Both the position numbers and the translations under genes were made by a program. From an uncultured delta proteobacterium (lineage in GTDB: Bacteria > Desulfobacterota > Binatia > Binatales > Binataceae): a DNA stretch of 64,000 nucleotides. Positions 1 through 9,729 of this stretch are shown piece by piece. Below the pieces are notes generated by a model. It did not search any database. It saw only the letters and a list, made by a program, of their open reading frames with translations, and was not told the DNA's origin. Where the stretch lies: NCBI GenBank assembly GCA_963765675.1, contig CAVXXK010000006.1, positions 128,001-192,000 on the forward strand. Direction: 5' to 3'. Within the stretch, counting starts at the first letter, position 1; each line of letters begins with the position of its first letter.

Positions 1-1540
1 CGTTGATCGCTATATAGTCGCGGTTGGAATCGAAGATCGTCCGCAGCTTCGCCTCGTTCTCCGCCAGCAGCGTTTCGCTGGCGCGCAAGGCTTCGAGCTG
101 GCGCGCCAGCTCGGCGCGCGCGGCCTCGAGGTCGCGTTCCTTCTGCTTGAGCAGCGTGATCTCGCGGGTGAAGGAGACCACGCACGGCTCGCCGTCGATC
201 TCGGTCCGGACGCTCGAGATCAGCGCGGGGACCAGAGATCCGTCGGAGTGCCGGAATTCCGCTTCCATGTTCAGGACGGAGCCGTCAGCCTCAAGCCGAC
301 GATCGTACTCGCGCGTCGTTTCCGGATCCGCCCAGATATTCAACTCGCTGAATGAACGGCCCAGCACCTGGCTTGGTTCGAGCCCCAGGGCTTTGTACAT
401 CCCGTGATTGGCATAGGTGAATTTCCGCTGACGCTCGCTGTATATCGAAATCGCGTCCAGGCTCGCGTCCAGGATCGCGCGCAATCGAACTTGAGTCTGC
501 TCCAGACTCGCACGAGCGTGGCTCATCGAGGTGATGTCGCGAATTATCGCGACTCCGCACAGACGCCCGTCGAGCTCGAGCGGCACGCCCGAAACCAGTG
601 CGGTGATAATCCTGCCGTCGGCGAGGCGAAACTCGGCTTCAAGATCGCGAACCATGCGCCCGGCTTCCAATTTGGCGACGAAGCTTTCGCGCTGATGCGC
701 GTGCACCCAGAAATCAACGTCCTTGATGGGGCGTCCGAGGATCTCCGCGCGCGGACGCCCGAATGCGGTCTCGAACGCGTGGTTGACCATCGCGAAGGTA
801 TGATCGGTGAGGGTTCCGATGATCGCTATATCATTGAGGTTCTCGAATACGGAGCGCGTCATCGCCGCCGAAAGCTCTCCGCGGCGCTCGGCTTTCGCGC
901 GCTCAGCGATCTCGATTCGCAGGCGCCGATCACTCTCGCTCAGAACCACCACTTGCGCCTCGAGCTCGCGGCGATAGCCGGCGATCATCATCACGATCAC
1001 TTGCGCCAGAACCACCGCGATCGAGACGCGCAGCCACAAGATGTCGGCGAAGGGCTCGCGCGTAACCAGCGCCAACAGCCCGACCGACCCGAATGCGCAA
1101 GCGCCCAGAGCGGCCTGCCATCGTCCGCTCCACGGCAGCAACGCGCCTGCGGCAACCAGGATCGCAAGGATTGTGACGATCAGCCGCCCCGGGTCGCCGG
1201 ATAAATATGCGATACCGGCGGCGGCCAAAATCTCAACCAGGCAGGTCGCGAATGCCGCAATCCGCCACTGGCGCATCCCCCATTCCACGAAGGTCAGCGC
1301 AAACAGCACGGCACCGGCACTGACTCCCGCTACGTGAAATGCGATCAGCGCTGGGGTCAGATCCCGAAGACTGAGTCCAAGCGCGAGCAGAAGCGCGGTC
1401 TCAAACGCAAACACCAAGAGGCCGGCCCCGCGTACCATTCGCGCGGGCGATCGCGCGAAGCTGAGCGCTCCGGCGCGTACGCCGCCGCGCTGCTCGCATA
1501 CCTCGTCGATCGCAGGATTCAGAGGAGAAGCCACAGTCAC
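1..1540 (-). CDS. Membrane-anchored multi-PAS sensor protein (probable histidine kinase or other signal transducer), runs off the left edge
   Basis: Not in the ORF track because there is no stop in the window. Manual minus-strand translation from GTG 1540 gives several hydrophobic segments, then two PAS-PAC repeats (..VNHAFETAFGRPRAEILGRP..RDIT; ..ANHGMYKALGLEPSQVLGRS..REIT) and the start of a third. Confidence 0.8.
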   Translation of the reverse strand, partial: MTVASPLNPAIDEVCEQRGGVRAGALSFARSPARMVRGAGLLVFAFETALLLALGLSLRDLTPALIAFHVAGVSAGAVLFALTFVEWGMRQWRIAAFATCLVEILAAAGIAYLSGDPGRLIVTILAILVAAGALLPWSGRWQAALGACAFGSVGLLALVTREPFADILWLRVSIAVVLAQVIVMMIAGYRRELEAQVVVLSESDRRLRIEIAERAKAERRGELSAAMTRSVFENLNDIAIIGTLTDHTFAMVNHAFETAFGRPRAEILGRPIKDVDFWVHAHQRESFVAKLEAGRMVRDLEAEFRLADGRIITALVSGVPLELDGRLCGVAIIRDITSMSHARASLEQTQVRLRAILDASLDAISIYSERQRKFTYANHGMYKALGLEPSQVLGRSFSELNIWADPETTREYDRRLEADGSVLNMEAEFRHSDGSLVPALISSVRTEIDGEPCVVSFTREITLLKQKERDLEAARAELARQLEALRASETLLAENEAKLRTIFDSNRDYIAIN

Positions 1541-1761
1541 AAAGCAAGCGCGATGCCGCCGGAAGCCGCGCCGCCAAGTGGATTACGGGCAATTGCGCGT
1601 GGCTACGGCGAGCCTCAACGGGCGGCGCTTTCGCGGCGGTCCCGAATTGAGACATCGCAAAACACGCCGGACGCGCGCAGGGCTGGAAGATGAGACCGGC
1701 GATTGCGCGGGCACGCAATCGCCGGTGTGTGAGAGATCGCTGTCAGGCGCGGATCAGGTCG

Positions 1762-3069
1762 TCACGGTGCGGCCTTCACCATCGCCTGAGTGGTAAAGAA
1801 ATCGCGTGTGACCGCGCCCATGTTGATGTACCAGCATTCGCGTTCCGGCGTATGCTGACCCGGCAGATAACACATCGTGGCTTGTCCGGATTGCACGTCG
1901 GTCGCAGCCGCGCCAACCACGAACGCGCGCTTGAACGGATAAATCGCGACGCGAGCGTCAGGCACCGGCCGATCGCGATACGTCAGCCAGTAGATATGAT
2001 TCTGCCACAGCTCTCCCTTGGCGTCGTATTCATCGACGTACGGCTCGAACCACATTTCACTGTCGATATACAGAATCGATTTCGCGTGTAGCGCCTGGCC
2101 ATTATTGGATGAGCGCGGTGCCGTCTGCACTACATACAATTGGCGCATCTCCCAGTCTTCCGGGCATGCGCTGCCACCGCCGTCGGTTTGACAGGTGATC
2201 TCGGGCGAATGCACCGCGTTGACCGACGCGAGCATCGACTTCTGTCCGAGGAATTTGTAGTTGTACTCCTCTATCTTCGCGTTGAAGCCCGAATAGTGAT
2301 CCGGATCGAAGTTGGTCGGATTGCCGCCGCTGTTGACGGCGTCGCTCATCAGGCCCTCGTTGAGACGCCGCACACGCCGCACGCCCGGATTCCAATCCCA
2401 GATGTCGTCGGCTTTCTTCGGGTTCTCATAACGATAGCGGATAAAGCCGCCGCCGCGATCATTCTCGGGCGCGAGGATTGGGTATAGGGCGAATAGCCAA
2501 TAACGATTGGTCGTCTTGAAGTCAGGATCGATCGGCAGAGGCTCTACCTCCGTGCGTCCGACCTCGTCATAACCGGCGTAGTGTCCGATCTGATAATAGT
2601 CAATTACGCTTACTGCACGGTTGCGTCCGGTGTTGACTACGTCGCAATCGTAATAGCGCAGATCGTAGTCGTCGGTCGTGATTGGACGGAACGCGTTGTT
2701 CCACATGATCTTGGTCGCGACACTCGGATCGTTCGGATCAAGAAACGGGAACGGTTGTCCGGCTACATAATTGACGACGGTTCGTCCGTCGGGCGAAAGC
2801 CGCACCTGGTCGGCGTATTTCTCGGTCGCATCGCGGTAGGGCGGCGGCCAATCGATCCGCTCCGTCGGAACGATTTTCATCGTCATTCCGTTGACGACCT
2901 TGTAGTAAACCCCGGGCGAGACCAGGTTCTTCACCTGATACGAGTTCGTATAGGTGATCATCTCACCGGGTTTGACTTGGGCATTGGCGGGGGGCGCCGC
3001 GATGACTAATCCCACTACTAACAAGAGAGCGGCCGCGCGCCACGTCCATGCGTGGACTTCCTTGAGCAT
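1762..3069 (-). CDS. DUF1329 family secreted protein, paralog 1
   Basis: Signal peptide ending ANA-QVKPG; NYVAGQPFP..KIMWN, RRVRRL and YIDSE..YD..GELW motifs; AAGGAGG RBS before ATG 3069. Confidence 0.8.
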   Translation of the reverse strand: MLKEVHAWTWRAAALLLVVGLVIAAPPANAQVKPGEMITYTNSYQVKNLVSPGVYYKVVNGMTMKIVPTERIDWPPPYRDATEKYADQVRLSPDGRTVVNYVAGQPFPFLDPNDPSVATKIMWNNAFRPITTDDYDLRYYDCDVVNTGRNRAVSVIDYYQIGHYAGYDEVGRTEVEPLPIDPDFKTTNRYWLFALYPILAPENDRGGGFIRYRYENPKKADDIWDWNPGVRRVRRLNEGLMSDAVNSGGNPTNFDPDHYSGFNAKIEEYNYKFLGQKSMLASVNAVHSPEITCQTDGGGSACPEDWEMRQLYVVQTAPRSSNNGQALHAKSILYIDSEMWFEPYVDEYDAKGELWQNHIYWLTYRDRPVPDARVAIYPFKRAFVVGAAATDVQSGQATMCYLPGQHTPERECWYINMGAVTRDFFTTQAMVKAAP

Positions 3070-3270
3070 GACATACCTCCTTCTACTGACTGCGTTAATC
3101 AGCCGAGACAGAAGATGCCACGGGCGAGCCGCCACGGGTCGCCTCATCAACGGGGACAGGGTACTAGGACTGCGACTGGTCGCAGCTCCTGCGGGGGCAC
3201 CATAATATTCGGACGAAGCGCGCCGCTATTTAATTCATCGCGGAGAAAAATATTTTCGCGTATACTCAGA

Positions 3271-4434
3271 TCAGCAAACAGAACGCAGCGCTTGCGTAAT
3301 ATCTTCGATCAGATCATCGCTCGACTCGAGCCCAACGGACAGCCGCACCAGCGCGTCGCCGATCCCGGCTTGCGCGCGATGCTCAGGTGACATTCCGGAG
3401 TGCGAAGTGGCGGCGGGACGGGTTATCAAGGTTTCGACTCCACCGAGGCTTGGCGCGCTGATGGGAATCGACGCGAGCGCTATAAATCTCTCGGCCGCGG
3501 CTACTCCGCCTTCGATCTCAAAGCTCAGCACGCCGCCGAACCCGTCGAACAACTCGCACGCGCGCAAATGATTCGGATGGCTCTCGAGTCCGGGATAGTT
3601 GACGCGCGCGATCTTCGGATGCTGCTCCAGGAAGCGCGCGAGTTTGAGCGCGCTCTCATTCTGGTGCCGCACACGCACGGCGAGGGTCTTGATCCCGCGG
3701 TTCAGCAGGAAGCACGCGTGCGGATCGAGCACGCCGCCGAGATGGTCCAGCTTGTGCTTGATCTCCTCGACCAGCTCCGCGCGCCCGATCACCGCGCCGG
3801 CGACGATATCGGTATGTCCGTTCAGGTATTTGGTCGCGCTGTGCAGCGAGAGATCGAAGCCGATCTCGGCCGGCCGGAAATTCATCGGACTCGCGAACGT
3901 GTTGTCGATGATCGAGATCAATCCGTTGGCGCTCGCGAACTCCACGACCGCCGCGAGATCGCTCACCCGTAGGAGCGGATTCGAAATCGACTCGACGTAG
4001 ATCGCCTTGGTATTCGGGCGAATCATCTCCCGCCACGAGGCCGGGTCGTCGCCGTCGATAAAATCGACCTCCATGCCCATCCCGGGAAAATCCTGCGTCA
4101 TCAGGTCGTGCGTGCCGCCGTAGAGGCAGTCCTGCGCGAGCAGATGACCGCGGCCGGAGAGCGTCGTCATCAGAGTCGCCGAGATCGCGGCCATCCCGCT
4201 GCCCGCGACCAGTGCTGCTTCGGCGCCCTCGAGGCTCGCGAGCTTCGCGTGCAGCGCGGTGTGATTGGGAGTGTTGGAGAGCCGGATGTAGCGAAGGTCG
4301 TGATAGTTAGTCGCGCCCGCCGACTCGAACGTCGAGGACTGGAAAATCGGCATCGTGACCGCGCCACCGATTGGCGGATCAGGCTCGCCCGCATGAATCA
4401 GCCGCGTCTCGATTCCCCTCATCAGCCTTGCCAT
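3271..4434 (-). CDS. PLP-dependent Cys/Met metabolism enzyme (cystathionine gamma-synthase/lyase or methionine gamma-lyase family)
   Basis: SGMAAI, DNTF, HSATKYLNGH (PLP Lys), SLGGVETL and LVRLSVGLE motifs; GGAGG RBS before ATG 4434. Confidence 0.92.
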   Translation of the reverse strand: MARLMRGIETRLIHAGEPDPPIGGAVTMPIFQSSTFESAGATNYHDLRYIRLSNTPNHTALHAKLASLEGAEAALVAGSGMAAISATLMTTLSGRGHLLAQDCLYGGTHDLMTQDFPGMGMEVDFIDGDDPASWREMIRPNTKAIYVESISNPLLRVSDLAAVVEFASANGLISIIDNTFASPMNFRPAEIGFDLSLHSATKYLNGHTDIVAGAVIGRAELVEEIKHKLDHLGGVLDPHACFLLNRGIKTLAVRVRHQNESALKLARFLEQHPKIARVNYPGLESHPNHLRACELFDGFGGVLSFEIEGGVAAAERFIALASIPISAPSLGGVETLITRPAATSHSGMSPEHRAQAGIGDALVRLSVGLESSDDLIEDITQALRSVC

Positions 4435-4550
4435 TGGCGACCTCCTGCGTGCCGGATGCGATCCTTCTATCATCGAATCGCTCGCACGTCCGCATCGCCT
4501 TAAGAGGCCGCGGCTGTTCACCGGGCAGAGGGGCGTCGGTATGCTGAGCC

Positions 4551-4904
4551 ATGGGCAGCAAGATCGCGCTGGGATTGGTGAAGGATCTTTTCTTCCGCTC
4601 GAAGCTGGACGCGGTTGCGGCATTGCTCGGCGTCGAGATCGTGTACGCCTCAACGCTCGACGCCGCCGCGCGCCAGTGCTCGAGCCGTCATCCTGCGCTG
4701 GTGTTCGCCGATCTTTCGGACGCGGAGTTTCCCGCCGCGGCGACGGCCGCACGTATCCGCGCCGATGCGCCCGAGGCGCGAATTGTCGGCTTCGCGTCGC
4801 ATGTGGATTTGAAATCGCTCAAGGCCGCGCGCGAAGCGGGATTCGACCTGACCCTCTCCCGCAGCGAGTTCACCGCGCGCCTCGCGGAGCTGCTGAGCTT
4901 CTGA
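4551..4904 (+). CDS. Stand-alone atypical CheY-like receiver protein
   Basis: 117 aa alpha/beta pattern (LVFADL, IVGFASH, AAREAGFD); canonical acidic pair and Lys are not conserved. Confidence 0.65.
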   Translation: MGSKIALGLVKDLFFRSKLDAVAALLGVEIVYASTLDAAARQCSSRHPALVFADLSDAEFPAAATAARIRADAPEARIVGFASHVDLKSLKAAREAGFDLTLSRSEFTARLAELLSF

Positions 4905-4916
4905 TGCCAGGTCTGC

Positions 4917-5105
4917 GTCATTCCCGCGCGTGGCTGCCGCGCGAGGAATCTCGATCGGAGGGCGGATGTATGAAGCGTCGGCTCGGCGCATGGCCGCCTC
5001 GGGATTTCTCCTTTCGGTCGAAATGACGAATGAGGGTTATGCAGAAGCTATGAAGTTATGCGGTGAGCCCCCGATCGTCATTTCGAGCCATAGGCGAGAA
5101 ATCCC
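4917..5105. repeat. Three GTCAT-type REP-like palindromic repeats
   Basis: GTCATTCCCGCGCGTGGCTGCCGCGCGAGGAATC at 4917 is the exact reverse complement of the copy near 55381-55414; inverted pair at 5001-5027 and 5077-5105. Confidence 0.8.
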
Positions 5106-5192
5106 GGCCGAATCGACTACCGAGCGCGGAGCATCCTGCGATTTCTTACGTCCCGCTGCCGTCCCGCGGACGGGGGTGTTATAAAGATCGCG

Positions 5193-8100
5193 ATGCATCC
5201 GGTGCTCGCAGATTTCCATCCCGCGGTGCGCGAGTGGTTCTCGCGGCGCTTCGGCAGTCCCTCGCGCGCGCAGGAACTCGGATGGCCTGTAATTGGCGCC
5301 GCGAGCGCGAGCCCTCGCCACGACGTGCTCTTGTGCGCGGCCACGGGCAGCGGCAAGACGCTCGCGGCTTTCATGTGGGCGATCGACAGTCTTGTGCGCG
5401 AGGCCGAACGCGGCGCTCTTACCGACGCGGTCTCCGTCCTCTACGTCTCGCCACTCAAAGCTCTTGCTAACGATATTCGACTGAACCTCGATGAGCCGCT
5501 CGACGGCGTTCGCGAGATCGGCGCTGCCGCCGGAATCGATCTCGGCGTGATTCGCGCCGGCCTGCGCACCGGCGATACTCCGGCGAGCGAGCGCGGCGCG
5601 ATGCTCAAGCGGCCGCCGCAGATCCTTGTTACCACACCCGAGTCGCTGTTCCTGCTGCTCACCTCGCCGCGGTTTCGCGCCAAGCTCGCGTCGGTGCGAC
5701 ACGTTATTGTCGATGAGCTGCACGCGCTTGCGGGGAACAAGCGCGGAGCGCATCTCGCGGTGACGCTCGAGCGGCTGGAGCGCTTCGTGCGCGCGTCGGG
5801 TGGCGAGCGTCCTACGCGGATTGGGCTTTCGGCGACGCTCAACCCGATCGAGAAGCTCGCAGAATTTCTGGCCGGATTCGATACCGCCGCCGACGGCTCG
5901 CGCACTCCGCGTCCAGTGAAAATCGTTCGGGCCGACGATCGCGCGCGCACGATGGACTTGCAGGTTATTGCGCCGGGCCCGGAGCTCGGGCCGCTCGCGA
6001 CGCATCAGCATTGGGACGCGATGTACGATCAGATCGCCGAGTTGATTTTGGCGCATCGCACGACGCTAATCTTCACGCTCTCGCGCAGGTGGGCCGAACG
6101 CGTTGCGGTCAACTTGCAAAAACGAGTCGGCGCCGACGCCGTGATGGCGCATCACGGCAGCCTTGCGCGCAAGGAACGCATGCTGGCCGAGCAACGGCTC
6201 AAGCGCGGCGAGCTGCGCGCGATCGTCGCGACCGCGTCGCTTGAACTTGGTATCGATGTCGGCGCGGTCGAGCTGGTGTGCCAGATCGATTCGCCGAAAT
6301 CGATCTCGGCCGCGATTCAGCGCATCGGGCGCTCGGGCCATAGCCTCGGCGCGACGCCGAAGGGCAGATTTTTCGCGATGACCACCGACGATCTGCTCGA
6401 ATGCGCGGCCGCGGTGCGCGCGATTCGCAGTGGGCATCTGGATGAGGTCGTGATTCCCGGCGGATGCCTGGATATCGCGGCGCAGCAGATTATCGCGATC
6501 GCGGCCGAAGAAGACGAAATCACCGAGGCCGAGCTGCTGCGGATTCTGCGCGGCGCGTACAACCTGGGCGGCCTCGACGCAGGCGGCCTCACGCAACTGG
6601 TCGAGCAGATGGCGACGGAGCTGCCGGAGCGAATCAGCGGCGCGGCGCCAAAAATCTTTTTCGATCGCACTAATCATCGCATCCGTCCGCGGCGCGGCGC
6701 GCGTCTGGCCGCGATCATGTCGGGCGGAACGATTCCCGAGAGCGGCAACTACGACGTCGTGATCGAGTCCGAGGGGCGCAAGATCGGCGACGTCGAGGAA
6801 GACTTTGCGCAGGAATCCGCGCGCGGCGACGTGTTCTCGCTCGGCTCGATGCCGTGGCAGATTCAGCGAACGTCGCGAGGACGCCTGATGGTCGAGGCCG
6901 CGCCCGGGATGGCGCCGACGCTGCCGTTCTGGCTGACCGAGGCGGGTGGCAGGTCGTACGCGCTCTCGACCGAAATCGCGGAGCTGCGGCATGATATCGC
7001 AACGCAGATCGAACGCGGCGGCGACGCCGGTGCCGCGCGATGGCTCGCGCAAGAGTGCGCGCTCGACCGAGTCGGCGGCGGCTCAGGCGGTCGATTACGT
7101 GCGGCGCGGGTTGCAGGCGCTCGGCGCGATTCCGGATTCGAAAACGATCGTGGTCGAGCGATTTTTCGACGGGCTGGGCGGCACGCAGATCGTCATTCAT
7201 GCTCCGTTCGGAATTCGCTTCAATCGGGGGCTCGGACTCGCGCTGCGCAAGCGCCTGTGCCAATCGTTCGATTTCGAGATTCAGGCTTCGGCAATCGACG
7301 ACGGCGTATTGATCGCGCTCAATTCCCGCCACAGTTTCCCGCTGGAAGAAACGCTTACGATGCTGCCGGCGCGCAGTGCGCGCGGCGTGCTCGAGCAGGC
7401 GATGATCGCGGCGCCGATGTTCGAGGTCCGTTTCCGACACGTCGCCTCGCGCGCGCTGACGGTTATCCGCGCGGCGCGCGGCGCCAGAATTCCCGCGTGG
7501 ATTCAGCGCCTGCGCTCGCAGGAGGCGCTCGCCGCGCTCTTCCCGCAACAGCAGGCGTGCTTCGAGAATCGTCCGCCCGCGATCGAGATTCCGCAGCACT
7601 TCATCGTCGCCGAGACGATGCGCGAGTGTCTGACCGAATCGGCCGACGCCGGCCGAATGGAGCGCGTGCTCGCCGGAGTCGCCGACGGCTCCGTGCGCGC
7701 GGTCTATGTCGATTCGGTCTCGCCCTCGGTGTTTGCGCATCGCCTGCTGCTCGCGTGGGACTACTCCTTCCTTGACGGCGGCGAGCGCGCGAATCGCCGC
7801 AGCCGCACCGTCTCGATGAATCGCGGGATGGCCGAGGACGTGTTCCGCAGCGAGGATTTGTCGGAGATGCTGGCCGAGGATGCGGTGCGCGCGGTAGCAG
7901 CCGAAGTGACCGGAATGGCGCTCGGCTATCGCCCGCGAAATCGCGACGAGCTTTACGAATTGATTCGCGCCCACGGCGCGCTGAGCATCCGCGAGCTCGA
8001 GGATCGCGCAGGCGAAGGCGCTCGCGCGATGCTCGAAGAACTCGCGCGCGAAAAGCGCATCGCGCGGATTTTTCGCTCTGGCGCTGAGGCTTTTCTTACC

Positions 8101-9699
8101 TCGGAGGATACCGCGATATTCGCGGCGGCGTATCCCGGCTCGGAGATTATCGACGGACCGGAATTTGCCCCAGCCGATCCCGACGCCGCGCAACAGGAGA
8201 TCGTCCGGCGCGCGCTCAAGACCTCTGGTCCGACAACTCCCGATGAACTCGCGCTGCGGCTCGGTCTCGATGAGCAAGTGATCGCGCGCGTATTGCCCGC
8301 GCTCGAGGCGAGCGGCGCCGTGTTTCGCGGCCATTTCACGTCATCGACGGCGACGCAGTGGTGCGAGCGCTACAACCTCGAGCGAATTCATCGGATGACG
8401 CTGGCGCGTGTGCGGGCCGAGATCGAGCCGTGCGCCGATCATGAATTCGCGGCATTCCGCCTGCGATGGATGTATGTCGGCGGCGGCGAGATCTCCGCCG
8501 ACGCTACGGGAGTGACTGCCGTCCTCGAACAGCTCTCCGGCCTCGCGTATGCGCCAGGGTTCTGGGAGCGCGCGATTCTGCCCGCGCGAATTCGCGGCTA
8601 TCGTCCGGAAATGCTTGACGTCGTATGCCTTGGTGGACAGATGCGATGGGCTGCGGTCGCGCAGCCAGACGAAAGCCGCACGAGCCCGGACCTGATCACA
8701 TTTATTGCGCGGAGAGCCGCGGTGCCGGGTGGCGCCGTGCTCGCGGAGATAGACGATCCGCGCGAGCAGAACATTATCGCAGCGCTGCGCGCGGGCGGTG
8801 CTCAGTACCTCGACCAGATTTCCGAGCGCGCGAATCTCTCCGAACGGGATACGCTCGCCGCGCTGTGGCGACTGGCCGCGCGCGGCCTTGCGAGCAACGA
8901 CAGCTTCGCGCCATTGCGGATGCTCGCGGCGGATTCGTCCACTGCCGATGCGATCGAGGGCACGTCACCGCGCGGATTTACTCGGCATGACGCCGCAATT
9001 CGCGCGCGGCTCAAGTCGAGCGTCTCGGGACGCTGGAGCGTGATCGAAGCGGCGGCCGAAGTATCGCCGAGGGAATCTGAAGATGCGGACCCGGCGCGCG
9101 ACTTCGCGATGCGTCTCTTGGCGCGCAACGGAATTCTCTCGCGCGAGATGCTTGCGCTCGAGCCGTCGGCGATGAGCTGGCATGACGTATCGTTCGCGCT
9201 GCGCCGGCTCGAATACGGCGGCACGATTCGGCGCGGATGGTTCGTGCGCACGCTTTCGGCCGAGCAATACGCGCTGCCCGAGGCGGTCGAGCTGCTGCGC
9301 GAGGCGCGCGCGCTCAATCCCGCGCGCGAGAAGCCGATCGCGATCAGCGCCGCCGATCCGGCTAATCCCTACGGCGCGATGCTGCCCGGATGCGGCGTCG
9401 CTCGCGATGCGGCGAATATCGTCGTCCTGCGCGCGGGCAGGGCCGTGCTCGGGCTCGCGAGCCGCGCGCTGGTGACAATTGGCGCACTCGATGACGACGC
9501 GTTCAGCGCGGCGCTCGCGGCGCTGCTCGAAGCGCGTGCGAAGATCGTGCTCGATACCATCGACGGCGAGCCGGCGCTCGCGTCGGCGCGCGTCGGGATG
9601 CTGGCGGCGATGCGGTTTCATTCCGACGGCCGCGCGCTCGTCTTCGACGGACTGCCGGGTCCCGCTCCGGCCCGCGCCGCGCGCGCCAGACGCGGTTGA
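5193..9699 (+). CDS. lhr: Full-length Lhr-family ATP-dependent helicase (~1500 aa), one apparent +1 frameshift near 7068
   Basis: ATGSGKT, YVSPLKALANDI, DELH, GLSAT, HHGSL, LELGID and QRIGRSGH in ORF 5193; the C-terminal half continues in ORF 6946..9699 (IVVERFFD, SAADPANPYG). Removing one C at 7067-7068 joins them. Confidence 0.9.
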
Positions 9700-9729
9700 T
9701 CCGCGGCCCGCGCGCGCTATTCTGATCGC

